A DNA stretch of 64,000 nt, from the NCBI GenBank assembly GCA_030704615.1, contig CM060733.1:21080001-21144000 (forward strand), in the 5' to 3' direction. This document shows positions 51,059-63,505 of the stretch, piece after piece. The stretch is from Takakia lepidozioides (Eukaryota; Plantae; Bryophyta). Below the pieces are notes generated by a model. The model saw only the letters and a program-made list of their open reading frames with translations, searched no databases and was not told the origin of the DNA. Within the stretch, counting starts at the first letter, position 1. The number at the start of each line of letters is the position of its first letter. The position numbers and the translations under genes are program-made.

Positions 51059-51441
51059 TGTAACAAGGTAGAATCTAGAAGGTTCTAGATGGAGGAGGAA
51101 AGTTTCCTAGAAGTTTCCAGAATAACTAGGAATGATTCTAAGAAGTTTGACTTAAGGAAGTTTGACTTGAGGCTCTCGAGTCAAACCTCTAAGATATTCA
51201 TATTATGGAGAGTAGGTCAAATCTTTGATAAAGTCATATTGTAGAGAATATGTCAAACCTATGAAGGTTGACTTTAGCTTTGACTTTAGCTTTGACTTGA
51301 GGCTCTCAAGTCAAACCCTTAAAATAATCATATTGTGAAGGGTATATAAACCTGCAATGAAAGCCTAGAAGGCATCGAGTTGTTTTGGGAAAAAGTTGAG
51401 AAGTACTTCTATTCTAGTTTGTGTAGATCCTGGGTGTTACA
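51059..51441 (+). repeat. 5' LTR
   Basis: Direct repeat of 55537-55911, with TATATAAA near 51343. Confidence 0.96.
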
Positions 51442-51442
51442 A

Positions 51443-51455
51443 TGGTATCAGAGCC
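51443..51455 (+). other. Primer binding site (initiator tRNA-Met)
   Basis: TGGTATCAGAGCC immediately after the 5' LTR. Confidence 0.93.
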
Positions 51456-51604
51456 TAGTCTTTCTTAAAGTTGGGAGCGAATACCTTCTTTAGGAGAATT
51501 CGATTAAGATGTTTTTTTTTTTAATAGAGATTTTTGTTGTTAATATTTTTAAGTGTTGAATAGATAGTAGTGATGGTGCGCCATAACGATAGTATAAAAA
51601 TTTT

Positions 51605-51805
51605 ATGGACTTAAATCAACCCCTTTTCCGTGATTTTCCTTCGGAGTGTGAGTTTAAAATTATATGTCGTCGTAAAGCAGAAATTAGAGATATGATAGTA
51701 CAGAGATTTGGAGAGGAACAATATCAAGAAGTGTTACAAAACCCACGACCTGTCGTCTTTCCTATAATTAGAAATTGGAATGTATACATATGTGTATATA
51801 CATAG
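51605..51805 (+). CDS. Leader ORF A (66 aa), unknown function, paralog of ORF B
   Basis: Intact from ATG to stop, and aligns end to end with the next ORF. Confidence 0.55.
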   Translation: MDLNQPLFRDFPSECEFKIICRRKAEIRDMIVQRFGEEQYQEVLQNPRPVVFPIIRNWNVYICVYT

Positions 51806-51808
51806 CTC

Positions 51809-52024
51809 ATGGATCGAGGTAGATATTTTCCACCTAATTTTCCACCGCCAAATGTATTTAGTATCAATGTGCGCACCATCGACAAGCATCATCTTGTGAG
51901 ATTTTTAGTTGCAGAATTTGGGGTAGAATTCATGAATCTTGTCATGAGTTCAAACATCTCTTTTGTATTACCAATAGTCACATACGAGATGGTTTGGGAT
52001 TGCACTATTTACATACTGTATTAG
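51809..52024 (+). CDS. Leader ORF B (71 aa), unknown function, paralog of ORF A
   Basis: Intact from ATG to stop, starting 3 bp after ORF A. Confidence 0.55.
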   Translation: MDRGRYFPPNFPPPNVFSINVRTIDKHHLVRFLVAEFGVEFMNLVMSSNISFVLPIVTYEMVWDCTIYILY

Positions 52025-52096
52025 GATAAGATAATAGAGATAGTATACATTAATTTTAGAAGACAAACACCACGAAGGAAGGAGTAGTGGAGCAAG

Positions 52097-55000
52097 ATGA
52101 TGGACAATGAAGAAATGGTGGACAACGCACACACTATTCATCAAGCCAATGATCAGACGGTGTGGATAATGGAGCGCTTACACGAATTGCAGAATGCTCT
52201 GGTCATGACCCAACAACAAAACAACGTGTTGATGGAGGAGCTTAAACAAGTGAGACAATCAACCGCCCTGGGACTGGTTGCTGATATGTCGGATACGTTG
52301 CTGCAAAAGATGACCAAGACATGCAAGGTCGAGCCGTATAAAGGAAGTCGCGCAATGGGAGTGCTAGAAGGATGGATTTATCGAATGGAGGTACATCTGT
52401 CATATTTCCCTACATAAAGTGATTTGGACCACGGAATGTTCATACGATCTTTTCTACTCGACAATGCTTCAACATGGTTACAGACATGGGAAAGAAGACA
52501 GATTGCAAAATAAGAACTTTTACTATGGAGCACCTTGAAAGCGGGACTGCTCCAACAATTCAAGGTAGTAGATGCTGTTACAACTACTCGAATGAAATTA
52601 TGGAACTTGGAACAACGCGGGAGTGTGCAAAATTACATTGAAGATTTTTTGAATCTTCAGGTCCAAATCGAAGACATGAGTCCTGCAGAAGCTTTAGACA
52701 ACTTCAAAAGAGGATTGAAGAAGAAAATTCAAGGAGAGGTAATTTTACGCAACCCGGTTGATGTCCACAAAACAATTTCATTGGCCCAAAAGATTGAAGG
52801 GACGCTACCAAAATACGACGAACGTATACACGTTCCATTGAACCAATACGGACCAACGCCTATGGAGCTTGGAAATTTTCGAAGACGGGATAACTTCCAA
52901 TACTCTCAAGGAAATAGGTCGAGAATCAGATATGGGGAAGATAACACACAGCGGCGAATGAAATTGATTGACAAGGATGTGACCTTCTCAACATTCTCAC
53001 GAACAGAAGGACAAAGGGAAACTCGACAATGTTACAACTGTGGAAAATACGGACATCTTGCAGCCAACTGCCGAAGTGGAAGGTACAATCGACAAACTTA
53101 TTGAAAACCTCTTAACAGTTTAAGGAGAGGAGAAGATAACGAACATCACAATGAGCAGAAAAACGAGGACAACCAATAAGTAGACCTCGCGGTCTTACTG
53201 GTTCTACAAAGAAGAGGAGAGGCGAGGGGCCCTACAAGGAGAAGAGACAAATCAATCATGCGGGCAAGAAAGAGATGCAATCAATTGTGGCAGATGGAAC
53301 CTTGGAAGGTATTCATATGAGAGTGCTAATAGACCCTGGGGCAACAGAAAACTTCTGATCTAGAAAGGCTGCCTTGAAACTAGGACTCCCCTTAGAAAAT
53401 GATGAAAGAGAGGAAGTAGAAATGTCAAATGGACATACAAAGGCCATTGAGACACTACCTAAAATCATAGAGTTGTCGATTGGTAAATATAGAGAAACCT
53501 TAGAATGACGAGTGGTCATACTGGCTCAATATGACGTAATATTATGCATGCATTGGATGAAATCTCACAACCCTGATGTTGATTGGCGTAGAAAGATAGT
53601 CAAAACCCAGAGTTGGAAAATATGGGGAGATTGAGTGAGGACACCATATCGAAACCTACCATCATTTGTTATAGGTACTACAGCTATATGTAAGAAAGAC
53701 TTATTATTTGTAGGTTTAATAAGAGACGTGGAAAATCCGAAAAAAAACATGAATGAGGTCCCTATAGAATTACAGAGTGTATTGAAAGAGTTCAAAGATC
53801 TCTTTCCAGATGACTTACCAGCACGGCTTCCGCCAAAGAGAAGAGTAGATCATAAGATTGAGGTTGTTCCAAGTAGTACTCATTCTTGTAAAGTCCCTTA
53901 TCGATTAGCACCAAACGAGTTGGAAGAATGTAAGGCTCAAATCGAGGACCTACTATCAAAAGGCTTTATAAGACCAAGTGTATCCCCGTATGGAGCGCCG
54001 ATGTTGTTTGTGAAGAAAAAAGATGGAGCAATGCACATGAATACATTGACAGAAATCAACATTCAACCTGATTGGTGGAACAAGATAGCGACGACTTCTA
54101 AAGATGATGGGGAGATCGTGGACGCTAAAAAGAATGGCAAAGTGACAGAAGTTCGAGGGTTGGTATTCAAGGAAGGTAAACTTTGGATCCCTGATGAACC
54201 TGCATTGAAGACAGAAGTATTGTTTAAAGTTCATGATACGGCGATAGCATGACATGTTGGAGTTGAAAAAACATTCGAACAACTAAAACGAACATTTTAT
54301 TGGCCGCGGATGCGAGACGATGTGGAGGCGTACGTTCGAAGTTGCATGAGATGTCAACAAAACAAATCAACAAACCGCAAGCCAGCAGGTCTTTTACAAC
54401 CACTACCAGTACCAAACAGACGTTGAGAACATATGAGCATGGATTTAGTTTGTGAGTTACCTCAAACCTCATCGGGATACGACACTATAGTGGTCTTTGT
54501 AGACAAATTGAGTAAGATGATACACATCCGTCCCACTAGAAAATCCGTCATTGTACCTGAACTAGCTCGACTATATCTGGAAGCGGTCTATTCTCATCAT
54601 GGGTTATTTAAAGTTCTCATTACTGACAGGGGTACCCAATTTACTAGCTTGTTTTGGAAAAGCTTATTTGGTCTTTTTAAAACCAAATTAGCTATGTCAA
54701 CAGCCTATCATCCGGAGTCAGATGGAAAGACAGAGCGAACAAATCGTACAATTGAAGACATGTTGCGGGCTTTTACGTTAGAAGAACAAGAAGAGTGAGA
54801 TTGGTTATTACCATTGGTAGAATTTTCATACAATAACTCGGTCAACGCGTCAACAAAAGAAACTCCTTTCTTTTTGATGTATGGTGAACACCCAAATGTG
54901 TCAACAACTTTTACGAAGTTCAATTTACCAAAAGATGAGTTATCCAAGGTAGCCGCGACTAACGCATTTGTGTAACAAATTCGACGGGGAGTACGTCAAG

Positions 55001-55523
55001 CTAAAGAGAAGCTGATGGTTGTCCAAAATCGCCAAAAGCAGTATGCAAATGCACGTCGATGGGATGAGGAGTTTGCAGTTGGGGATCAAGTGTGGTTGTC
55101 TACAACCAATTTACACATCATTGGATCGCGAAAACTAGGGGCACGGTTCATTGGTCTTTTTTCGATCATTAAACGCATTGGAGCAGTAGCATACAAGCTG
55201 GAATTACCACCACATATGAAGATCCACCCGGTGTTTCACGTTTATCTACTACGTCATTACGAACCTCGACCATCAATATTCAAAGATAATCAAGAACCAC
55301 AACCTTTACCAGAGTTGATAGACGGAAATAAAGAGTGAGAGGTCGACCGTGTTCTGAAAAAACACACATATAAACGAGGGCGACATGAGGTGTTGGAGTA
55401 TTTGGTTTATGGAAATGATTTCTATTATATGAAACTACCTGGGAACCGGTACAAAATCTCGCAAATGCTCAATTGACAATTCAAGCTTTTGAAAATTCGA
55501 ACAACGAGGACGTTGTTTCTTGA
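52097..55523 (+). pseudogene. gag-pol remnant: gag with zinc knuckle, protease, RT start, integrase, chromodomain
   Basis: GPTPMELG, CYNCGKYGHLAANC, LIDPGATENF, SPYGAPMLFVKKKDG, SMDLV..TDRGTQF..AYHPESDGKTERTN, IHPVFHV and E*EVDRVL..EYLV..TWEP. Many stops. Confidence 0.93.
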
Positions 55524-55536
55524 AAGAGGGGAGGAT

Positions 55537-55911
55537 TGTAACAAGGTAGAATCTAGAAGGTTCTAGATGGAGGAGGAAAGTTCCCTAGAAGTTTCCAGAA
55601 TAACTAGGAAAGATCCTAAGAAGTTTGACTTAAGGAAGTTTGACTTAAACTCTCAAGTCAAACCTCTAAGATATTCATATTATGGAGAGTAGGTCAAATC
55701 TTTGATAAAGTCATATTGTAGAGAATATGTCAAACCTATGAAGGTTGACTTTAGCAAACTTTGACTTGAGGCTCTCAAGTCAAAACCTTTAAAATAATCA
55801 TATTGTGAAGGGTATATAAACCTGCAATGAAAGCCTAGAAGACATCGAGTTGTTTTGAGAAAAAGTTGAGAAGTACTTCTATTCTAGTTTGTGTAGATCC
55901 TGGGTGTTATA
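55537..55911 (+). repeat. 3' LTR
   Basis: Direct repeat of the 5' LTR, preceded by the PPT at 55522-55535. Confidence 0.96.
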
Positions 55912-55959
55912 GGAGCATAGGCACGGGGGCACAGGGGAGCGGGGAGCGAAACAGGGGAG

Positions 55960-56196
55960 CGAAACAGGGGAGCGGAGGAGGGCCGCGGGGGGGGGGGGGG
56001 GGGCGGCGAAGCAGGCTCCGCGGAGGCACATGAGAGCAGAGGGCTCGCGGGGCGGGGCGGCACGTGCAGGCCCAAGGGGGGGTGGGGATTTGACAGGTGG
56101 CTCCGGCAGCGCGCCGGAGGGCGCACGGCTCCAGCGAGGGGGGCCCACGGTCTCGCATGGACGCATTCAACTCCCATCATATGTCTAGTGTAAACC
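55960..56196 (-). repeat. Right TIR of the MULE
   Basis: Reverse complement of the left TIR, followed by the TSD. Confidence 0.92.
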
Positions 56197-58720
56197 TATT
56201 ATAATAATGACATGTTATTTTGAAAAATAATTCTAGAAGTTAATTAAATACCCAGATAATCCCATATAAAGTCCTCATCAAGCCCGCATCTGTCCCCTGT
56301 TTTTCTTTTAAAGATATTAAATATAAAATAAAATAAAATAAACAGGTTGGAGGCATTGGAAATTTTATTTTACATGTATATTCGAGGGAAAAATAAATAA
56401 AACCCTCTCGCAGCTACACGAGTTGAATGCGGGCGTGAGAGCGTAAGGGCAAAGGTGCGCATTCGGTGCGCGTTACGAGTGAACGCCCTTACAGGAGTTC
56501 GTTTGGAGGCCTAGGGCGGGCACATAGTCAAATCCCCACCTTGTCTGGCCCATTGCCCTCATGCTTCTGCTCCTCCGGCCACTATCTCGGATCCCACACT
56601 CCCAAGGTCCACTCCCATGTTCCTATTCCCCTGCTCCCTTATCCTTATTTTGCTGCTCCTCTGCTCCCCTGGTCTTGTGATCCCGCTCCCCCATTCCCCT
56701 GTTCTTGCAGGGGCAAGCTGAGGGGACCAGGTACAGGGAAAGGAAGCAAGGACAGTCGAGCAGGTATAGATGCATGAACATGGGAGTAGGAGACTGGAAA
56801 CAAGGAAGCGGGAACTGGGGACCGAAGGGAGGATCCGCTTAAAGGACTTGGAATGTTTTTGAAAGATCGAAAATAAAATCATAAAATCATAAAATCATAA
56901 TTCAATGATCTCTCGATTGAAGCTAAGACAATCTGGTTAAAATTTTGCGCAAGCAGTGTAAAACGTGAAACTACAATTCGTGTATGCTTTAGAACAACCT
57001 AAGCCAAGTACGGCCTTATATTCAACAATCATGCGCCAAGAGGAGATGCTAGATCAGAGTTTGGAAATGTGAACCCTATGAGTCCGTGTCTACCTATATT
57101 TGTCGCACCCCCATACAGACTCAGTTCGATTGGAGCTCTTGGGATTGCAATTGTTGACGATCGTCTATCAACTTGCTCGTAGAACTAGGGATTGGATCTA
57201 ACCGACACTCCGGCCCTAATTATACATCTTCCACAATATATATCTATACGTGAGGAAAAAAACATGCTTAAAAATGCTTCCAATTCCAGAGTTATTCGTA
57301 ATGCCTATGAACTTGCTTATCGACTGGGGATTGGATCTAATTGACCCACCGATCCCAATTATACGTCTTCCACATCAATTTCTTGCTCTTCCACAGCTCA
57401 TATATATATATATATATATATATATAGTTGAGCTGGGGATCAAGAGCTTCAAAAATTGCGGTCGTCAATGATCGCAATTTCTTTTCCTCTTTCGTGGCTC
57501 CAAGAATTTGATTCTGATGTTGATTTTTAGTTTCATTCTATTTTTGGGTCCAGCTACTGAAATTGTGATCATCTTGCTCTTTCAACTCTAACTTTTTTTT
57601 TTAAAAGCTCAAATAGGATTTTTTTTTTTTTTTTTTTATCCAACTGCAGAAGAGCTTCAAAAATTGTGATCGTCAACGATCGCATTTTCTCTTACTCTTT
57701 TACTAATTTGGAGGATCTAGTCTTCTTTGAGGTTAGAAAGAAGTTGTCACAAACGAGCCCACAATCCATGTACTAAAAATAGCCTCCATACTGGAATTTG
57801 ATCGCCAAATAGACAAACCACAATGGTACAACATGATGAATGAACATATCTAATATGAACACATCAGTCTATCATAGTCTACATTGAGTTTGTTCCACGG
57901 CTATGTGAGGGGGGGTGGGCTCTCCATGGGTATAGATACCCCTTCTCTTTGATAATGTAGCATGAGCTTAGTCTATTGCAACATGGAGCAGGAGTCGAAC
58001 TCACGCCACGTCATGCATGAGCTCACAACGTAGTATCATTGGCACCAAGACAATGTTTTTTGATATCCAGTACATCTCCACAACATTAGCAAGAACGTCA
58101 CCCACAAATCCACTCGATCACCTGAGCTCGAAAGAGAAGAACTTGATTGGAGGCATGTTAAGGCCTCAGTTTGGCTTAAGTCCCTAAATTGAAAGTTCAC
58201 TTCTCTCACTAAGTGATACATGTCGCTTCTGTCATTGTTCTTGGCATTTGAACTCTAATTTCTTGTATCGTCGTTCTTAGGGAACTAAGGCATTGACACC
58301 TGCTCCTTAAAACGGGGGATAGGTTAAAGCCCTGACCATGGTATCTTATGTTTGGCTTTCAGCTTCTCTATTTTTCATTTATTACTAGCATTTCTGATCA
58401 ATTTATTTTTTTAACGTGTTCTTTACACCTAATCTCCTATGAGCTAGTTTTTAGCCCATAACTTGTTTTTTCTCGTTTGGTCATCCAATAGATAACCCAG
58501 TGGTTATGGCATAATACCATTTCATAAGTGGTTGTGGGCTTAAAAACCATATAAGTGTGTTGGATGTCATAAAGGTGTCTGGATACCTTCACATTTGAAG
58601 GCACTAATCCTTCAGGGTTAAGTGATACCATAAGTTGCACTTGCTCCATATATATATTCACTTGGCTCTTAGATTGAACTCCTTTGCTACCTCAACGACT
58701 CTTTATGGTTGCGAGAAGAA

Positions 58721-58760
58721 TACAGTAGACATAGGATGGGAGTTGAATGCGAGCGTACGA
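58721..58760 (+). repeat. Orphan TIR-like end related to the MULE TIR
   Basis: TACAGTAGACATAGGATGGGAGTTGAATGCG versus the TIR TACACTAGACATAGGATGGGAGCTGAATGGG. Confidence 0.75.
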
Positions 58761-61700
58761 CCCTACTAGTACGGTCACCGGGATTCCCTGGAGAGGGGGC
58801 ACCCCTAGCTGGGCCCGCAGAAATGGAGGTAGTGGTCCTAGAGAGAGCCCATAAGCATCTGATTTTTCGTAAGTGCCAAAGCATTGCCTCTTTGAGATTT
58901 CAAGACTGGACAATGTCTAGCTTTTATTTTAAGAGATTTATCTTAGTTTCAAGGGTATGATGTTCATTATTGATAAACGGGTTGAATTCCATGAACATTC
59001 GAATTGTTTTGACCAGAATTCTATTGACATATCTTTCATAATTTTTGGAGAAATTGAATTTCAAGTATTTTTTGTCACTCGTTTTTCTGGAATATGGGCC
59101 TTCATTTCTCTTGAACACATATTCTAAGATCCTTGTTGTGCTACTTGATAGGTAAGATTTACTGAAATAGACCTCCTCTAATAGTGAATTGAGCCATAGA
59201 CTAGACAAAAAGCTAACTTGTACATATGATAAATGGAAATGTATTGTCTGAGATCCTAACATGTGGATTTGGACATAATTGTGATTAGTAAAATCGAGAG
59301 TTCAAATTAAAAATAGACAAAAGGGTTGAGCTTACTGAGAGAGAAACACCTTTGTCTGTTTAGATGTTAAGAAGCTTCGGAGTAAAGTTTTGAGATTGTT
59401 GAACTATTATTGTTATATTGTATAAGAATATTATTGAATTTAGGACGAATATATAGAAGGTTTGATTACCATAAGATCTATATATATATATATATATCAG
59501 GATACCAATATAATTTTAGATATATATTTTTTTAATTTTAAGGGAGTGATTCAAGATTCGATACACATTGAAATTCATATTCACTTCACCATCTTCAAAA
59601 AAATGTTCCATAGGCATATGTCAATGTCAGAATGAAACATAGAGAAGTACGTTGCAAAGCTAATTTCAAGCAAAAACTTGTGTCGCGTAAAGATAATATG
59701 ACGTAATAAAAGTATAAGTTGTCATATAACTCACTAAACATCATGTATAGAAGTATATCCAACCTTTATGTTTGCATACAACATCTGAAAAAATATGAAA
59801 GCTATCTAGCTTCAAGTTGTGTATGTGTATGCCTATGCTTATGCTTCTGTCTCAACTATTGCCAAGCATCTAGCCTACTTCCAAGCCTCCCTCCTCCTCA
59901 ACGGCCCACTTTGCAATACCAACGATGAACTGTCCCAACTCCCGTGCCCCAACTATCCAAGCACTACGTACCATGGCCTGCTCCCGCGTTCCCTCCATTC
60001 TAGATTTTTTGCTCACTCTATTCTATAACCTTTCCTATTCTAGAAACTTCACCAAACTTGGCTGGCGCATGGACTGCATGTGGCCCCACATGCAATAGCC
60101 ATGGGGGGCTGTATGCAACTAGCCACCCTCGTTCAGACAAAGTCCTAGAATTCCTAGCACCTTTAGTGCATTTTATTATAAAGATGAGACTACGGATCGG
60201 TGTCAAAAATTGCTCGGCACTTGTTGTGCCTTTTCCACACCTCCTCTCTTTTTATGAAAACTACTTCCATGATGAGCCTTCTCTAGGTAACACCTCCCTC
60301 AAGTAACATCTCTATTATTAAATGGATGAATTTCAACATTTTTATTATGAATGAAAGTAGATTCCACTACTCACAAATAGGAGCCATGTGTGATTAGCTG
60401 CTTGTTTTTTCAACTGTTGGGTACATACTACAACAACAGTAACCTTTATGAAAACAAGAAAATTAATCATACAACATGACATATAATTTCTAATTTTTGT
60501 TATGCAAATTGTAACATTTATTTGTTTTTTAATAGACCCATATGAATCAATCGGTCGTCGTCACTTTAGCTAGTGAATGAATGGTAACGTTTTTTTCTTA
60601 AACAAATGAATCAATCGGTCTTTATCACACAACGAGTGAATAAATAAGGGTCCCAAATCCTGGCAGGGGCTATTCCTGAAGGTCGAACAGAGGGAGAGCA
60701 TTGGAGCTCCAAATGGGGAGGGAGGGCACGGATGTTGGAATGGGTGAAATGTGAGGCCACATGTAGAGGCGAGCATAGAAGTAGGAGGTGGGCCCTCCTT
60801 CTACTTCTAGAGCTTTCCATAGGATGAAGACAAACCGGATAGAGCCCCGGCCCCAAGGGAGAGAGAAACTAAGGAATAGCAAAAAGATCATGACTGTAGG
60901 CCTTGGACTTACTACATGCGTGAGGTAAAAATTATGATTTTGGCCTTGGCATGGTCCCCAAGAGGATGGGGTCCTGTAGCCAGGCTATCTGAACTGCCAT
61001 TGTCTCTTGCGCAAGCTGTACCAACCACATTTTTGTTTGGTTTAAAACAACCCAAATTGCTCGAATGCATGAATGAAATAAGAAGAACCGAAACCTAATA
61101 GAAACCAATTTGAAACCAGACAAAAATATGGTCGCCTCTGATTTCCATTTGATCCATTACATATATAGTCCTAGATTTTGGGCTAGCCAACTAAAAAAGA
61201 AAGAAAGACTGAGACTATTGCACATCTTGGGCAAAAGGAGGAACCCTACAAGACATGTTGACTATCCATTTCCCAAGTAGTTGCTCGCAAAAGCTCTCAA
61301 AAAAGTTCCCCAAAGTTCCCATAGCCCCTACCAATCAGTCTTCGGGGCCAGGTCAAAATTAAACCACAATTTTTGCCTCACTCTTCTCTATTGACCGTGG
61401 CTTGGTTTTTTTGCTGTCTTTTGCTATTACATAAGAGACAACACACAAAGGTTTGAAACCCAGACCCAAATGTCAAGATGTCTTACCATTGGGCCACAAC
61501 AAGAATTAAATCAATTGTCTGAAAAACCAACATTATATTAAGTGATGCTTCCAATACTAGTTAGCTTCTTGGATGGTATGTTCAACTGATTTACAGTATT
61601 TTATTTATTTATTTTCTTCTTCTAAAATTGGTTATGTACTTCATAACTGCACAAAATAAGGTTGTTTGTGTCAAGCATTTTATAGTTGGATTGTTTCCAC

Positions 61701-63039
61701 GCATGTGAAACTGTAGATGGAAACTCAGACCCATCTTCCACTCAGACCAATCAGGTTGCTCGACCAAGTTCAAGGAAAAACCAGAGCTGGAAATATTTAA
61801 TTATTATTTTCTGTGCTGAAAATAAAATGGATTTAAGGCTTTCCATGCAGCTAAGACTCATTCAATGAACCTAACATGACATATTCCATAACGAAATAGT
61901 AAACTGTGTCCACTATCAATTAGATTTTGGGGTGATTCCTGGCCTCACTACCTCTCGTGGGTTATTTTTTCCACCCACAACCACTGTGAAGTAGTAGATG
62001 CCCTTACCACTAGGCATAAAGAATTTTCAGGAAATTTGCTTTGTATTTTGAGTGTGCTTACCACTCATAAATGAATCTTCTTGAACTGCATGATCATCTC
62101 ACGAGTGCGTTATGGTTTGTAACACCCCTTGACAGTGGGTTACATTTTGTAACCGCACTTCACATGATATACTTTCTTTTTCTTTTAGAAGAGTTAAATC
62201 TTTATCTGTGTGGAAAGATTTCTTTCCATTCAATTTTTGAACACAACGACTGCAACGATGTTCATGTGGAACCAATATCAAGTGTGAGCAGTGGTGTAAA
62301 ACTTGATAATTCTTGTATTTCTGACACTAATGTTATGGTGCTTGCACCTAATAAGCAATTTGACCCCTTTCTTTGTGGATGATGATTTCTGGGGAACACC
62401 TAATGTACACAAGGCTCTGGAGGACGAGATTAAGAAGCATGAAGATCGAGTGAAGCTACCATACTTCGTTGGTGGAGGATCAACGTCGAATAGGGTTTTA
62501 AACTCCGGGCATCACTTCGAGAACATGACTAACTGCCTAATCATTATTATTCATATCATGGATCTTTTTGTCAGTGCCAAGATGGTGAACGATTTGAAGA
62601 TCCTCTGTGTAACAAATCTCGGCCCTCAAGCGATGAGAATGCTGATCCTATAGCTTAAAAGATGGTCGAGTTGGAAGGCATGTAGTTTTATATAGCTTCT
62701 TTTCAGTTTCACAGTTTCACATATTACTTAGAGGCTACTCTATTTAACCTCTACCAATTTTGCTATAAGCTTATTCCACAACCTGTTGATATTAAGCATC
62801 AGACTTTAATAGAAGCTCTTCGTGAGCAAATTTCTGACCCAAACTCTTAATGAGTTAATCTTAGGTATAGCATACAGGGTTCTTTTAAGCACCACAAGTA
62901 GTGTGTTTAGTACCTTGGTGATGGTGATTGAGGAGCTAAGTGCAGGAGGGAGCGAGGGAGGGTGCGGCATCCAAACATGGCTGTCCAACATCTATGAAAC
63001 TCTTAACTCCTCTACCTCCAGTGTTGCTCCAAAAACAGG

Positions 63040-63505
63040 TAAACAGAGATGAGGAGAAACTGTGGGATGAATACTTTTCTGACCCCAGTCAATGGTGGGA
63101 CAAACGAGGCAAAAAGGTGAATGCCTGCAGATTACCAGATGTCATTCTGAATGCTGCAGACTCGGCCCTGAGATGGTTCGTTGGGTGGATCTGTGGTGGT
63201 TAGGAGAGACTTTGACAAGTTACTGCCAGTGTGGCAGCAGGAAAGTAACCAAAAACAGATAACATTGGATGAGGAGAAGGCACCTTCTTTACACATTTCA
63301 CCCTGTTTTCCCCTCTTATCAGAATTTGCCCTAAATTTCCATGTTGAATTTTGCATGTTAGCTGGTACTTTGGTAGTTTGGAGTGACTTTGACATGATAC
63401 AGCCTATGTGACAACAGGAAAGTATCCAAATTAAACAGGTAACAGAGATGAGGAGAAGCTGTGGTATAAATACTTTTCTGACCCCAGTCAATGGTGGGAC
63501 AACGT
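63040..63505 (+). pseudogene. OSB-like (organellar ssDNA-binding) PDF-motif fragments, duplicated
   Basis: EEKLWDEYFSDPSQWWDKRGKKVN...PD at about 63045, with a second truncated copy at about 63445. Resembles the PDF motif WxxFFxxPxxWWDNRxxKxN. Confidence 0.6.

Larger units (their letters stand above)
51059..55911 (+). mobile_element. Ty3/gypsy chromovirus LTR retrotransposon, RT/RNaseH deleted
   Basis: LTRs at 51059-51441 (TG..CA) and 55537-55911 (TG..TA). TSD GGAGC at 51054-51058 and 55912-55916. PBS TGGTATCAGAGCC and PPT GAAAGAGGGGAGGA. Confidence 0.96.
32985..56196 (+). mobile_element. Mutator-like DNA transposon (MULE), 23.2 kb including two nested insertions
   Basis: TIRs start kGTTTACACTAGACATAkGATGGGAGyTGAATG. 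The 9-bp TSD TATTATAAT lies at 32976-32984 and 56197-56205. Internal MULE transposase motifs are present. Confidence 0.93.

Noticed and set aside
32991-56190. CACTA/EnSpm element (ends CACTAG...CTAGTG)
   Set aside because: The inverted repeat extends 6 bp further out, there is no 3-bp TSD, and a 9-bp TSD and MULE DDE motifs are present.
58924-59262. AT-rich 112-aa minus-strand ORF
   Set aside because: No recognisable family motif, so a call cannot be supported.
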